From positions 1-27,017 of the IMG/VR virus record IMGVR_UViG_3300011422_000016: DNA of 27,017 bases. One strand, 5' to 3'. A program made the position numbers and the translations under genes. The notes beneath the pieces are model-generated. The model searched no databases. It was given only the letters and a program-made list of their open reading frames with translations, and was not told the origin of the DNA. Positions 1 to 9,049 of the stretch are shown here, piece by piece. Numbering within the stretch: the stretch's first letter is position 1; every line of letters starts with the position of its first letter. The DNA comes from a virus (lineage: Duplodnaviria > Caudoviricetes).

Positions 1-1497
1 TACCTGGAAATCCTTCATCGTGAAGGTATCGAAGTAAAACACATGATATGGGACACGATGATTATGTCTCATATGTGTGACGAGAATGTCTTTAGCCACA
101 AGCTAGAGAGTCTCTACCAACTCCACTTCGGAACCGATGCAGCGAAAGAAAAAAAGGCTCTCCGTGAAATCACGAAGAACCTTGGTGGATGGGAGAAGGT
201 TCCCCCACAAGTTATGGACGTGTACGCCTGTAAAGACGCACTAATGACTTGGAACCTCTACAAGATTTTCAAGCTGCGAATGGAGCAGGAGGATCAGCTT
301 GAACTCTATCCCGCCGAAGAAAAATTCTTGCGATGCCTAGGAGAGATTGAGCGGAACGGGATTCTGATCGACATTGAAATGTGTTGTCAGCTTTCCCGAG
401 ATGCTCAAGCTCGTCTAGTAGAACTTCAAGCTTCTCTCGGATTTGATCCGATGAAGCCGAGCCAACTGGCGCATAGGTTGTACGAAGTTCCACCAGTAGG
501 TCTTGGACTTTTACCTGTAGGTCTGTCGAAGCGGACACTCCATGCTCCCATCACTCTCGCCAACGGCAAGACTATCAAGAGCATTCCTATCATGGACGAG
601 CCTAACCTGTCAAGGTATTCTGACCCTGTAGTGTCCGAAGTGTTAGAGTATAGGGGGTTAGTGAAGGCGATTTCTACGTGGTATGACAAGTTCCCACCCA
701 TCGCAGACACTCAGGGGCGACTTCACGCCAACTTCAAGCAGCATGGCACCCGTACCTCACGCCTCTCATGCGAGCTTCCAAACCTCCAACAAATACCGAG
801 AGAATCTTTAGACTCGGCTCCCGTAAAGAAGGTTTTCCGTGCCCGACCAGGATACGAACTCTGGGAATTCGACTACTCACAGATTGAGTATCGCTTGGCA
901 GGAGTTTACGCCGAAGAGGAAGCTATTATTGAAGGCTACAGGTCTGGTGTTGACTTCCATACTCTTACGGCTAACCGAATGGGAGTTGATCGAAACAGTG
1001 TTGCTAAGCATGTTAATTTCGCTATATCTTATGGCAGCGGTCCGAATGGATTGGTCGAAACCTTCTGGAAGTTAGGCCGTAAAGTCATCACCTACGACGA
1101 AGCGAAAGATTTGATTGATAGCTTCTGGGATAACTACCCGAAGCTACAGCAGGTCGTGAAGTATACTGAGCAAGTTGCTCGGACTCGCAAATACATCAAG
1201 ATGTGGGATGGTCGGAGGCGTCGTTTCCGCTTTCCTACAGAAGCACACAAAGGCTTTAACTCTCTGATTCAGGGCGGAGCATTTCGGATCATCCATCAAG
1301 GGATTCGGAATATCCATGAGATTCCTGACAGGGAGTTCTTTATTGTCAACCAGGTCCACGACTCTGTTTGGGCAGAGATTCCTGTAGACAATGCTGATGT
1401 ATGTAAAAAGCAGATCAAGGACTGTCTTGAATGGACAGGAGATAAGTTCGTCCTAGAGTTCCCAACGGAAGAAAAGAGATTGTGGCCGCATGGTTGA
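1..1497 (+). CDS. polA: Phage DNA polymerase, family A (PolA-like), 5' truncated by the window edge
   Basis: Frame is open from base 1 (YLEILHREGIEVKHMIWDTM...). Contains ExoIII-like YACKD, TRTSRLSCELPNLQQIP, motif A FDYSQIEYR, motif B KHVNFAISYG, NSLIQG and motif C VHDS. Confidence 0.96.
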   Translation, partial: YLEILHREGIEVKHMIWDTMIMSHMCDENVFSHKLESLYQLHFGTDAAKEKKALREITKNLGGWEKVPPQVMDVYACKDALMTWNLYKIFKLRMEQEDQLELYPAEEKFLRCLGEIERNGILIDIEMCCQLSRDAQARLVELQASLGFDPMKPSQLAHRLYEVPPVGLGLLPVGLSKRTLHAPITLANGKTIKSIPIMDEPNLSRYSDPVVSEVLEYRGLVKAISTWYDKFPPIADTQGRLHANFKQHGTRTSRLSCELPNLQQIPRESLDSAPVKKVFRARPGYELWEFDYSQIEYRLAGVYAEEEAIIEGYRSGVDFHTLTANRMGVDRNSVAKHVNFAISYGSGPNGLVETFWKLGRKVITYDEAKDLIDSFWDNYPKLQQVVKYTEQVARTRKYIKMWDGRRRRFRFPTEAHKGFNSLIQGGAFRIIHQGIRNIHEIPDREFFIVNQVHDSVWAEIPVDNADVCKKQIKDCLEWTGDKFVLEFPTEEKRLWPHG

Positions 1498-1744
1498 TAT
1501 AATCCGACCGATCAAGTTAAACCAACTACAAAATGAACTGAGTGCGTTAGATTCCCTAACTGCTGTAGCTATTGCTATGGAAGAGGTAGCACTAGCTGAA
1601 GCGTTAGTTATTATCCATGGAAAGGAACGTGCGGCACGTCTTTACATCGAACGTGGGGGTCATATCCGTTTTGATTCAGATGGTGACCCTGTAATTCTTT
1701 GGAGCGACAGTCTACGAAAGAGTTATGATGTTCACAATGTATAG
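1490..1744 (+). CDS. Hypothetical protein (84 aa)
   Basis: Overlaps the polA stop and fills the gap before the resolvase; no recognisable motif. Confidence 0.7.
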   Translation: MVDIIRPIKLNQLQNELSALDSLTAVAIAMEEVALAEALVIIHGKERAARLYIERGGHIRFDSDGDPVILWSDSLRKSYDVHNV

Positions 1745-2162
1745 CTGGGACCCAGGAAAATCTACAGGGTGGTGTTACTTTGAAGATAGTCGGTTACATA
1801 GCTTTGGGACTGTTCAGCTTGATGATCTTGGACCGATGCTTGACGGAATATCGGCGTCTGCGGTCTTTGTTGTCGAGTCCTACTTCGTCAGGCCCAAATC
1901 TGCGGGCGGGTTCGACCATAACTGGAGTTCGCCGGTTACACTCGAAGCAATTGGTGCAATCAAAGCGAGAGCACGTCTAATCGGTGCTGAGGTTGTTATG
2001 CAACAAGCAGCCATTAAGCCTGTAGGGTATGGTTGGGCAAAAATGGTGTATAAAAAAGGACAAAAAAATATACACCACCGAGACGCATTAGCGCATGGGG
2101 TGTATTACTTGGTGAAGCGTAAGTTGATCCAACCTGGGGGACTACAGATTGCCCAAACCTAA
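1725..2162 (+). CDS. RuvC-like Holliday junction resolvase / RNase H-fold nuclease
   Basis: N-terminal WDPGKSTGW, central VVES and C-terminal HHRDALAH match phage RuvC-like acidic catalytic motifs. Exact start uncertain (1725/1728/1737). Confidence 0.82.
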   Translation: MMFTMYSWDPGKSTGWCYFEDSRLHSFGTVQLDDLGPMLDGISASAVFVVESYFVRPKSAGGFDHNWSSPVTLEAIGAIKARARLIGAEVVMQQAAIKPVGYGWAKMVYKKGQKNIHHRDALAHGVYYLVKRKLIQPGGLQIAQT

Positions 2163-2388
2163 GCAGACGATTCAGGACATTGAGCTACTCACTTCTCTCG
2201 GTTATGCCGCGCCCGGCCTCAACTTGCTAAAGTCAATGCAAGTTTCTGAGGACAGAAAACTGAGAGGGGTACTACAGGTGTGGCGATGTTCTAAATGCGG
2301 AGAAGGTAGTCTGTACGAGTCGTTTGTGGAACTGTCGGGGATGGAGTGCTCAAAAGCCCATCCCATGACAATGATGTGGCACTCATAA
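2149..2388 (+). CDS. Hypothetical protein with possible Zn-ribbon (CxxC...CxxxH)
   Basis: TTG start overlapping the previous stop; WRCSKCG and MECSKAHPM motifs. Confidence 0.6.
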   Translation: MPKPKQTIQDIELLTSLGYAAPGLNLLKSMQVSEDRKLRGVLQVWRCSKCGEGSLYESFVELSGMECSKAHPMTMMWHS

Positions 2389-2602
2389 GAGCACCCATCA
2401 TAACCCTGTCGTCATAGGTTGTTCCACCAAACCAACCGAACGAATTCAACTTCACAGCTTCCCATAAACAGTCCTTCTTAACAGGGCAGGCATTGCAGAG
2501 TTTTTTCGCTCTCTGCACTTGTCTGCCTTGTTCTGCGTTCACTATTACGCTCGGTTGTTCTAAACACAAACCACGGGTATACCAATGTGGTGACTGGTCC
2601 AC
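2291..2602 (-). CDS. whiB: WhiB-family Fe-S transcription factor
   Basis: W..RGLC, AKKLCNACPVKKDCL (four Cys) and GWFGG (variant of G[VI]WGG). GTG start preceded by AAAGGGG. Confidence 0.9.
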   Translation of the reverse strand: MDQSPHWYTRGLCLEQPSVIVNAEQGRQVQRAKKLCNACPVKKDCLWEAVKLNSFGWFGGTTYDDRVMMGALMSATSLSWDGLLSTPSPTVPQTTRTDYLLRI

Positions 2603-2687
2603 GCCCTACCCCTTTGTCTGGAGTTGCGGGATAGTCAACTACGAATGAGATACTGTGTCAAATGAGACTGAAATTTGTTAGTCTAGT

Positions 2688-2789
2688 CTACTTGATTAAC
2701 AGCACCCACATAATTAGAAACACGATGATCGCGATTGCAACCATTGCGAGAACCCAAATAGCGTTGATCTGACCAGATTCGTCAGTCAT
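2688..2789 (-). CDS. Small single-TM membrane protein (33 aa), possible holin-like or lysis accessory protein
   Basis: Hand translation MTDESGQINAIWVLAMVAIAIIVFLIMWVLLIK*. ATG overlaps the endolysin 3' end, with AGGTGG upstream. Below the ORF-track cutoff. Confidence 0.65.
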   Translation of the reverse strand: MTDESGQINAIWVLAMVAIAIIVFLIMWVLLIK

Positions 2790-3426
2790 TTGGTCCACCT
2801 TGGTAGCTAGCATCTCCGTAACAGTAAACAAAGCCGTCCTCCGTTAGTAGTCGATAACCATCCCCTGTGCTTGTGCAATGAGCACCTACAACTCTATCTC
2901 CGGGGATAATATCTGGGCCGTCCTGATCCGCTGCACCTGATCCGAAGAAACGTGCATCACCGTAAGTGAATACACCACCATCTTCGGCAAAGATTGTATA
3001 CCCTAGATCACTTGGCGTGTTTTCAATTGTAACTGCTGGCTGGTTAAGCACTCCGATAGCCTCCTGCTTCGGATAGACAACAAACACGCCTTTATCTACA
3101 GCTACATGAATGTGGTCATGGTGATCTGCTACAGCATACTTCGGAACTTGGTGTTCGTTCTTAATGTTGTAGACAACTTGTGGTCCTGCATAGATCAGTT
3201 CATGTAGCCTACGTTCTACAGGGTAGAATGCAAAGAACACGTCGGCCAGTTCATTGCTATCCCAACTTGGTTTCGGCCCAGCAATGTCAATTGCCAACCC
3301 TTTTCCGTTAGTCCCTTGAGAACTATGTCGGCTGCCAGCGTTGTTTGTAACGGTACACGTTACTCTATGAGAGACTCCTGAGTCCCGCATGTATTGCTGG
3401 AGACACTGAACTTCTTTGCTGAGCAT
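2782..3426 (-). CDS. Endolysin: Zn-peptidase (M15-like) catalytic domain plus C-terminal cell-wall-binding repeats
   Basis: SRH...GLAIDI and HHDHIHV metal-binding motifs; two repeats GYTIFAEDGGVFTYGDARFFGS and GYRLLTEDGFVYCYGDASYQG. Confidence 0.82.
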   Translation of the reverse strand: MLSKEVQCLQQYMRDSGVSHRVTCTVTNNAGSRHSSQGTNGKGLAIDIAGPKPSWDSNELADVFFAFYPVERRLHELIYAGPQVVYNIKNEHQVPKYAVADHHDHIHVAVDKGVFVVYPKQEAIGVLNQPAVTIENTPSDLGYTIFAEDGGVFTYGDARFFGSGAADQDGPDIIPGDRVVGAHCTSTGDGYRLLTEDGFVYCYGDASYQGGPND

Positions 3427-3912
3427 TTACAACTCCACATGCCAAGGCTCAAACTTTTTACCTGGCGCTCTAGTTAGCATCGGGAATTTAAGACCGAACT
3501 GAGCAGCATTTGCATGTGCCCATTGTCTTGCTGCGTCATCTGCATAAGCCAAGTCAGCCGCTGTACCTCTCTCATGTTTTGAGTGTCCAGGTTTCGCAGC
3601 TAAATGAGGCTTCTGTTTATAGAGAGCAGCCTGTTGTGCCGTACTTCTCTTACCGGAGGTTACTTTGATCTTTCCACCACTAGCAGCGATAAGTTTCTGT
3701 AAGGCAGTATTAAATACCGCTTCAGTGGCGTTCCCTGGTGACCCTAGAGCCTGCGTACCGGAGGGGGATGGACGCACACCGACGCCAGGTGCAGATAGGG
3801 GCGCAGAGCGAGCCACAGGGGTGTCAGGAATAGCCATAAGGCCCGATAATGCCTGCTGCACCATCTGTTTCGACCGTAACCGTCTTTGAGCGAGGGCTTC
3901 TTTACTTTCCAC
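3427..3912 (-). CDS. M15-family (VanY / D-Ala-D-Ala-type) Zn peptidase, probably virion-associated
   Basis: VTSGKRS...QQAALY, AAKPGHSKHERGTAAD and EPWHVE motifs. Likely GTG start at 3912 (GAGGAAGA upstream) rather than 4020. Confidence 0.85.
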   Translation of the reverse strand: MESKEALAQRRLRSKQMVQQALSGLMAIPDTPVARSAPLSAPGVGVRPSPSGTQALGSPGNATEAVFNTALQKLIAASGGKIKVTSGKRSTAQQAALYKQKPHLAAKPGHSKHERGTAADLAYADDAARQWAHANAAQFGLKFPMLTRAPGKKFEPWHVEL

Positions 3913-6643
3913 TCTTCCTCTTTTCATTGCTCTTCCGAATGAAGTTCTGCAATGAATCCTGTTGACGACGTAGTTCAGATTGCTTCTGTGTTTCCCCAAC
4001 CTCTTGCATACTCGCACCAATAAGCCAGTTCAAGAACGTAATTGCTGGGTCCTTACCTGACTTACCTTCAATATCTTCCTTCAGTTTCCTACCTGTCCGA
4101 ATCTGAGGAATAATATCTGTAGCGAACTTACTGTTGTCCTTGATCGGGGCACCACTGAACAACGTCTTTCCTGTAGCATACTCAAACGGCATCCGAATGA
4201 ATGGACTGGTTTGCGACAGTAGTTGTGCTACGTTCTCAGGTGCAGTTCCAGATACGTTCCCGATCGGATCGGTCATTGGGTTTGGTGGAGTCCAGTAGAT
4301 AGCGTTCTTACCTTCACCTTCACCACGAAGGCTAACTCCTGCCATTTCCCGAATCCACTTCGGAATGATTTGGCCTGTCTCGTTCTTATCTGTCCCTAGC
4401 AAAGTTTCAATTGCACGCTGACCCTTCGGTGCTACAGCTAAACGACCTGGACGCATTGCTGCCATTTCAAGCTGTAGTGGAACATTCTTTCGGAGCCACG
4501 TATAGTACGGAACTACACGTCGCATCGTGTTTTGTTCAAAGGGAGTCAGATCACCATAGTCAATGTTGAACTTACGAACCCGAGCACCTGCTCTTTCAGA
4601 CGCCTTAATTAGTTCAGGGATACTCTTTGCGTGAGCACCCTCTTTCTTATAGGCATCAATGAAGTGAGCTAGACGGGTAACATCTTCACGCTTCTCGGAG
4701 AAACCCCGAACCCCTGACTTTACGGCTCCAATTGCACCCTTGACTTTGCTTGCGTCACCCGACAATTCAGTAGGATAGAAACCTGACTTACCCCCTGCCC
4801 GCTTGTAGTCATCCCAAATTTGTCTGTAGGTTAACTGTCGATCCCCGATGCGAACAGTACCTTTGAGATTGTCTCGTTTGAACAAAACACTCATAGCCTG
4901 CTTGTAACGAAGAGGATTGACTACACCATCCTCATAGTTCAGCACCATATCACCAGCCATATTACGAACGTGGTGACCTGGATTGGCTACAGTCTGTAGG
5001 AACTTAACTTCACTAAGGGACTTGTCAAAGAAACGAAGCATCTTGTTTGCTGCGTAGGGGTTATGCTCCAGCTTCTTGTAGTATTCGATGGACTTGACAA
5101 TTTCCTCAGGGAACCACACATTCTCATCTGTAGCCAAACCCTTTGGCTGAGCTAAACCAAGCCCCTTTCCAGGAGTCCTGCCCTTTGGAAACTTGACACC
5201 GAACTCACCAATAAGGCCCTTCTCAAACTCACGTCCAGCCCTTGCACGATTGAACTTTGCATCGTACAGTTTCAGAGCTTCAACCGAATCTTCTACAGGA
5301 TTGAGTCCAGCTTCCTTCGCTTCACGAAGTGTCTTTTTCTCACCTGCCCTGCGAGCTTCCTTGAATTTCTTGACGTTCGGATTCTTCCAGTTCTTGTAGT
5401 AATGATAGGCGTAATCATCAAGCTGCCCACCCTTGGGAATTGTTCCAAGGTTGTATTCAGAGTTGTTACCGAACTCCTTATAAAGAGTCCGCATCTTTTC
5501 CTGTGCCTCTCCGAGATTAGCCCCCTTTGTACCTAACTCCCCTGCAAGATCAGTTCCTTCGTCAAGGGCATACTGTAACCGAATACGATCAGCTTTTGTC
5601 AGATCGGCAAAAGTCTTGTCGTAGAGTTTCGCTGCATCCTCATGGACAGACACACCAAAACTCTCCGCCATTCGACGGATCGTATTTGTTTCACCTGGGA
5701 ACATACGAGAAGTCTGGAAGTGATTACGAACTTCTCCAACACCTGGAGCCTTTCCAATTACCTCTCCAAGTTTAGCACCACCCTTGTAGAGTTTCTCACT
5801 CCCAACAACTTCCTTGCCCATGATGTTAAGACCGATGCGACCCTTGTTACCAGCCTTGAAAGCTTCTTTCGCTTTATCAGCCTCCTTCAACGCAAAGGAG
5901 TGCATAGCTTCCTCAGCAACCTGCTTTGCAGACTTAGCTCCCTTAGCACCCTTGGAAAGTGCTTCTAGTGGATTAGCAGCTTTGTCTCCGAGAAGAATGT
6001 CTTTCAGAATGGTTGTCTTGGCTACGTCCGCAGCAGTTTTCCCGATCTTAGCAGCCTCTTCACTACGTCTTGCTACAGTGTAGGCTTTGGCTCCTTCGGA
6101 AGCTATCTTTGCAGCCTTGGGAGCTTTAGTAAGTCCAGCACTAAGATAAGTTGTGGGATCAAGAGCGACGTCACCAACAAAACCACCAATACCACGAACA
6201 AGTTTATTCTTGACACCCGCATCTTCCAACACATCGGAATATGTTTTGTAGTCACGACCATGAGTTGCGGCAGCCACATTAGAAACGGCGCCACCAAGTC
6301 CTGCAATCGTGTTCTTTAACTGTTGGCTAGAACCAGCCCCCTTGTTTGCACTCCCCTGGTCTTTCTTGTTCTGCATAAGAGAAGCATGAGCAAAGCCAGA
6401 AGTCAGCGCACCACCTACAGACAGTGTACCAAAAATTTTGTCGATAAGAGTAGGTTTATCTGCCTTCTCAGGCTTTCCACCACGGCCTTCTACCCGACCT
6501 CTTTGCCGAGTTACCTGGGCTTGAAGTCTCTTGGTATCAGCCTTGTCAGGATTAGATTTTCCACCACCCCTATTAGGGACACTGACATTTCGAGTGGTTG
6601 TCTTTTTCCTGTCTGGCTTGCTTACATCCTTCTTCTCAGCCAC
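3902..6643 (-). CDS. Large internal virion / DNA-ejection protein (913 aa)
   Basis: Last and largest of three helical Ala/Gly/Lys-rich genes after the nozzle. GFVGDVALDPTTYL, NPGHHVRN and DYGDLTPFEQ..MRRVVPYYTW motifs resemble podophage ejection / large polyvalent proteins. Confidence 0.7.
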   Translation of the reverse strand: MAEKKDVSKPDRKKTTTRNVSVPNRGGGKSNPDKADTKRLQAQVTRQRGRVEGRGGKPEKADKPTLIDKIFGTLSVGGALTSGFAHASLMQNKKDQGSANKGAGSSQQLKNTIAGLGGAVSNVAAATHGRDYKTYSDVLEDAGVKNKLVRGIGGFVGDVALDPTTYLSAGLTKAPKAAKIASEGAKAYTVARRSEEAAKIGKTAADVAKTTILKDILLGDKAANPLEALSKGAKGAKSAKQVAEEAMHSFALKEADKAKEAFKAGNKGRIGLNIMGKEVVGSEKLYKGGAKLGEVIGKAPGVGEVRNHFQTSRMFPGETNTIRRMAESFGVSVHEDAAKLYDKTFADLTKADRIRLQYALDEGTDLAGELGTKGANLGEAQEKMRTLYKEFGNNSEYNLGTIPKGGQLDDYAYHYYKNWKNPNVKKFKEARRAGEKKTLREAKEAGLNPVEDSVEALKLYDAKFNRARAGREFEKGLIGEFGVKFPKGRTPGKGLGLAQPKGLATDENVWFPEEIVKSIEYYKKLEHNPYAANKMLRFFDKSLSEVKFLQTVANPGHHVRNMAGDMVLNYEDGVVNPLRYKQAMSVLFKRDNLKGTVRIGDRQLTYRQIWDDYKRAGGKSGFYPTELSGDASKVKGAIGAVKSGVRGFSEKREDVTRLAHFIDAYKKEGAHAKSIPELIKASERAGARVRKFNIDYGDLTPFEQNTMRRVVPYYTWLRKNVPLQLEMAAMRPGRLAVAPKGQRAIETLLGTDKNETGQIIPKWIREMAGVSLRGEGEGKNAIYWTPPNPMTDPIGNVSGTAPENVAQLLSQTSPFIRMPFEYATGKTLFSGAPIKDNSKFATDIIPQIRTGRKLKEDIEGKSGKDPAITFLNWLIGASMQEVGETQKQSELRRQQDSLQNFIRKSNEKRKSGK

Positions 6644-8187
6644 TACTTCTTCCCGTAGTAGAGTTGCAGAGCAGACCTAAGAGCTTGTGGATTTAAGGAA
6701 GGATAGTTACCGATATACCCTTGTGCAAGAGTATACGGGTCTACAGAAGGACCAATTCCTCCACCAGAAGAAGCATTGATAGCCTCATTGGAAGAGTTCG
6801 TAATGATCTGATTCACAGCATTACGAACATTCGGTCCAGCAGTAGAATCCCAGTAACCAGCCTGTGGTGAATTAAGGAACCGTTCTAGTGCGGTGTTCGT
6901 ATTTGCACCTGCTCCACCAGCTCCAGAGAGATTCTTCTGGGTTGACGAATTCAGGTTGTCGATCTGAGCCTGTAGCTTCGCACGCTCCATCGGATCAGTT
7001 GTATTAGCCTTTGCTTGGTCCAACTGGAATTTCTGCATATCCAATTGGTAACCCTGGTTGGCTTTATCTACATCAAATCCGAGCCTTGCACGCTGCATTT
7101 CCATGCTCTGTTCCTGCATGTAACGAGCGAAAGCATCTTCGGCATCTTGCCGTTCAGTAGCAGTACGAGCCTGTTGAATGTCGTGCGTCAACTTACGAAC
7201 AGCACTCTGCTTCTGCATCCCCAGGTCAGATTGCTGCCGACCGTAATCAAGTTCCGCACCTTGACCCTGCAACTGAAGTTTGGCTACAGCATCTGCAACC
7301 TGGGTTGCCAAATCCTTTTGGGACTGGGCACCGATGTTCTGTGCTTGTCCAACACCACGCTGAGCAAATGCCTGTTCATTTGCACCCTGAGCAGCTAATG
7401 CACCCTGAACGTTTTGGTTCTGGGCAGTAGAGAATCCCTGTAGCTCAGCAAGTGTATTTTGGAGCCTCTTCTGAGGATCATCTAGGGCGGCAGTTAACCC
7501 GAGCTTTTCAGCATTCGCTCGCATACTTTCGTCAAGACCTTGTTTTGTATTCTGCTGACGAGATAGAAGCTGCTCAAAAACGTCTTGAGTCCCTCGCTTT
7601 GCCGAATCAAAGATACCACCTGTAGCATTTGCGCTCTGCTGGAGAGCCGCAGTTAGCTGGTCATAGATGTTCTTTAGATTCTCCCCCTGCTTTGTACCGT
7701 ATCCCTGTTGAGTCTCAACCCCCTGTTTGGTTGTAGCTTTTGCAGCAGCAAGAGCAGCAGCTAAGGCAGATTCACGGGGCTTGTATTCAATATCACCCTG
7801 AATCATAGCTTCTTGTTCAGGGGTTAACCCGTACTGTCTTGCAGCAGGTGATTGATAACCACCACTGAAAGTCGGTTGTGGAATTCCGCCTCCACCGCTA
7901 GCACTCATTGAGCTAGCACTAAAACCTCCGCCTCCACCACCGCCGCCTCCACCACTTCCACCCTGTAATCCGGCAACAAACGCACCGAAGTTTGCAGGCA
8001 AAGCTTTTTGTGGTGCAGGTGTACCCCAATCTCCACCACCAACATCAAGAAGCGGGTTCTTATCAACTCGGTTGACAGTATTCTTCGGGTTTAGTCCGAG
8101 GTTACTGAGGGTTTTCGGTGGTGCTGGGGGAGCTTTAAGACCGAGAGCTTTCTTTGCCGTAGAAAGAGCTGTCTTGAGAATTGCCAT
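6643..8187 (-). CDS. Internal virion / ejection protein, Gln/Ala-rich coiled coil (514 aa)
   Basis: Long Q/A-rich helical region, poly-Gly linker, GAGG RBS, position in the ejection-gene block. Confidence 0.65.
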   Translation of the reverse strand: MAILKTALSTAKKALGLKAPPAPPKTLSNLGLNPKNTVNRVDKNPLLDVGGGDWGTPAPQKALPANFGAFVAGLQGGSGGGGGGGGGGFSASSMSASGGGGIPQPTFSGGYQSPAARQYGLTPEQEAMIQGDIEYKPRESALAAALAAAKATTKQGVETQQGYGTKQGENLKNIYDQLTAALQQSANATGGIFDSAKRGTQDVFEQLLSRQQNTKQGLDESMRANAEKLGLTAALDDPQKRLQNTLAELQGFSTAQNQNVQGALAAQGANEQAFAQRGVGQAQNIGAQSQKDLATQVADAVAKLQLQGQGAELDYGRQQSDLGMQKQSAVRKLTHDIQQARTATERQDAEDAFARYMQEQSMEMQRARLGFDVDKANQGYQLDMQKFQLDQAKANTTDPMERAKLQAQIDNLNSSTQKNLSGAGGAGANTNTALERFLNSPQAGYWDSTAGPNVRNAVNQIITNSSNEAINASSGGGIGPSVDPYTLAQGYIGNYPSLNPQALRSALQLYYGKK

Positions 8188-8196
8188 TATGACCTC

Positions 8197-8853
8197 TTAC
8201 TTAGGTGTGTTAAAGGCACGTTGGACAGCATCCCAGTCAATTCCGCTGGTAAATGCCTCAGGGGAATCAATCTCAATGAACTGTCCAGAAGCATTCATCG
8301 GAGGAATTTGACCCTGGATCTGCTTGAGTCTCTCTGCTTCTTCTCTAATCCGAGTCTCAGTAGCTTGTCTCTCAGCGTCTTTTTTCGCTCGCTCGGATTG
8401 ACGCTCAGTAACATACTGTGCATGACGACCCTGGAGTTGCCCGAGACTATCACGGAAAGAGTTGAGCGAGTTTGTAAAACCCATCTCGTTCTCTTGTTCG
8501 GCGTTCGCTAATCCTGTCGCAGCTTCACCTGCGGCACGCTGATAGTTCTCGCCAATCTTTCCCTGTTCTCCGATATTGATACCGGAGTGAAGAAGTCCTT
8601 GACCCGCCATACGGTTTGTCAAACCCTCAACTTGCTGTCCCCGTTGGCGACCAAGATCACTCATTTGCTGTTCGTAACCAACCCGATTCTGTCGGTTCGA
8701 CAGGTCAAGTTGGTTCGCATAGTTAGTGATATCTCGGGTACCCTGTGAAACACCAGCCTCAAAGTTAGGATCGTAGTCTTGTTCTGATCCCTGTTGAGGG
8801 TTCATTTTTAGACCACCAAGATACTGTTGGAGTCTTTCAGCCAATGAAGGCAC
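8197..8853 (-). CDS. Internal virion / ejection protein (218 aa)
   Basis: Gln-rich coiled coil with MAGQGLLHSG (A.RG...SG-like) motif, as seen in small podophage ejection proteins; gene position. Confidence 0.6.
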   Translation of the reverse strand: MPSLAERLQQYLGGLKMNPQQGSEQDYDPNFEAGVSQGTRDITNYANQLDLSNRQNRVGYEQQMSDLGRQRGQQVEGLTNRMAGQGLLHSGINIGEQGKIGENYQRAAGEAATGLANAEQENEMGFTNSLNSFRDSLGQLQGRHAQYVTERQSERAKKDAERQATETRIREEAERLKQIQGQIPPMNASGQFIEIDSPEAFTSGIDWDAVQRAFNTPK

Positions 8854-9049
8854 GTCCCCCTCCGATCTTCTTCATCCGACGTGCAATTGCATCACGTCGA
8901 GGGTCTTTGGTAGGAGGACGACCATACTGTTGCCCACCACCACTTTGAGCCGAAGAACTTGCGCTGTTGTAAACATTCTTTCCTCGGGAGAAGATTCCTT
9001 CTAATCCCCTCGGGTCTTTCATCCCCATGAGTCTTTTTTGCAGGTCCAT
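8837..9049 (-). CDS. Small basic hypothetical protein (70 aa), carries the AIxRRM motif
   Basis: Start set at ATG 9049 because of the TAATG overlap with the upstream gene; ends ...RDAIARRMKKIGGGRAFIG. Confidence 0.65.
   Translation of the reverse strand: MDLQKRLMGMKDPRGLEGIFSRGKNVYNSASSSAQSGGGQQYGRPPTKDPRRDAIARRMKKIGGGRAFIG

Noticed and set aside
3913-4020. N-terminal extension of the M15 peptidase given in the ORF track
   Set aside because: Overlaps the upstream gene by more than 100 nt; GTG 3912 has a better RBS and a normal short overlap.
7915-7965. CCA/CCG/CCT triplet-rich tract
   Set aside because: Encodes a poly-Gly linker in the ejection protein; not an independent DNA repeat.
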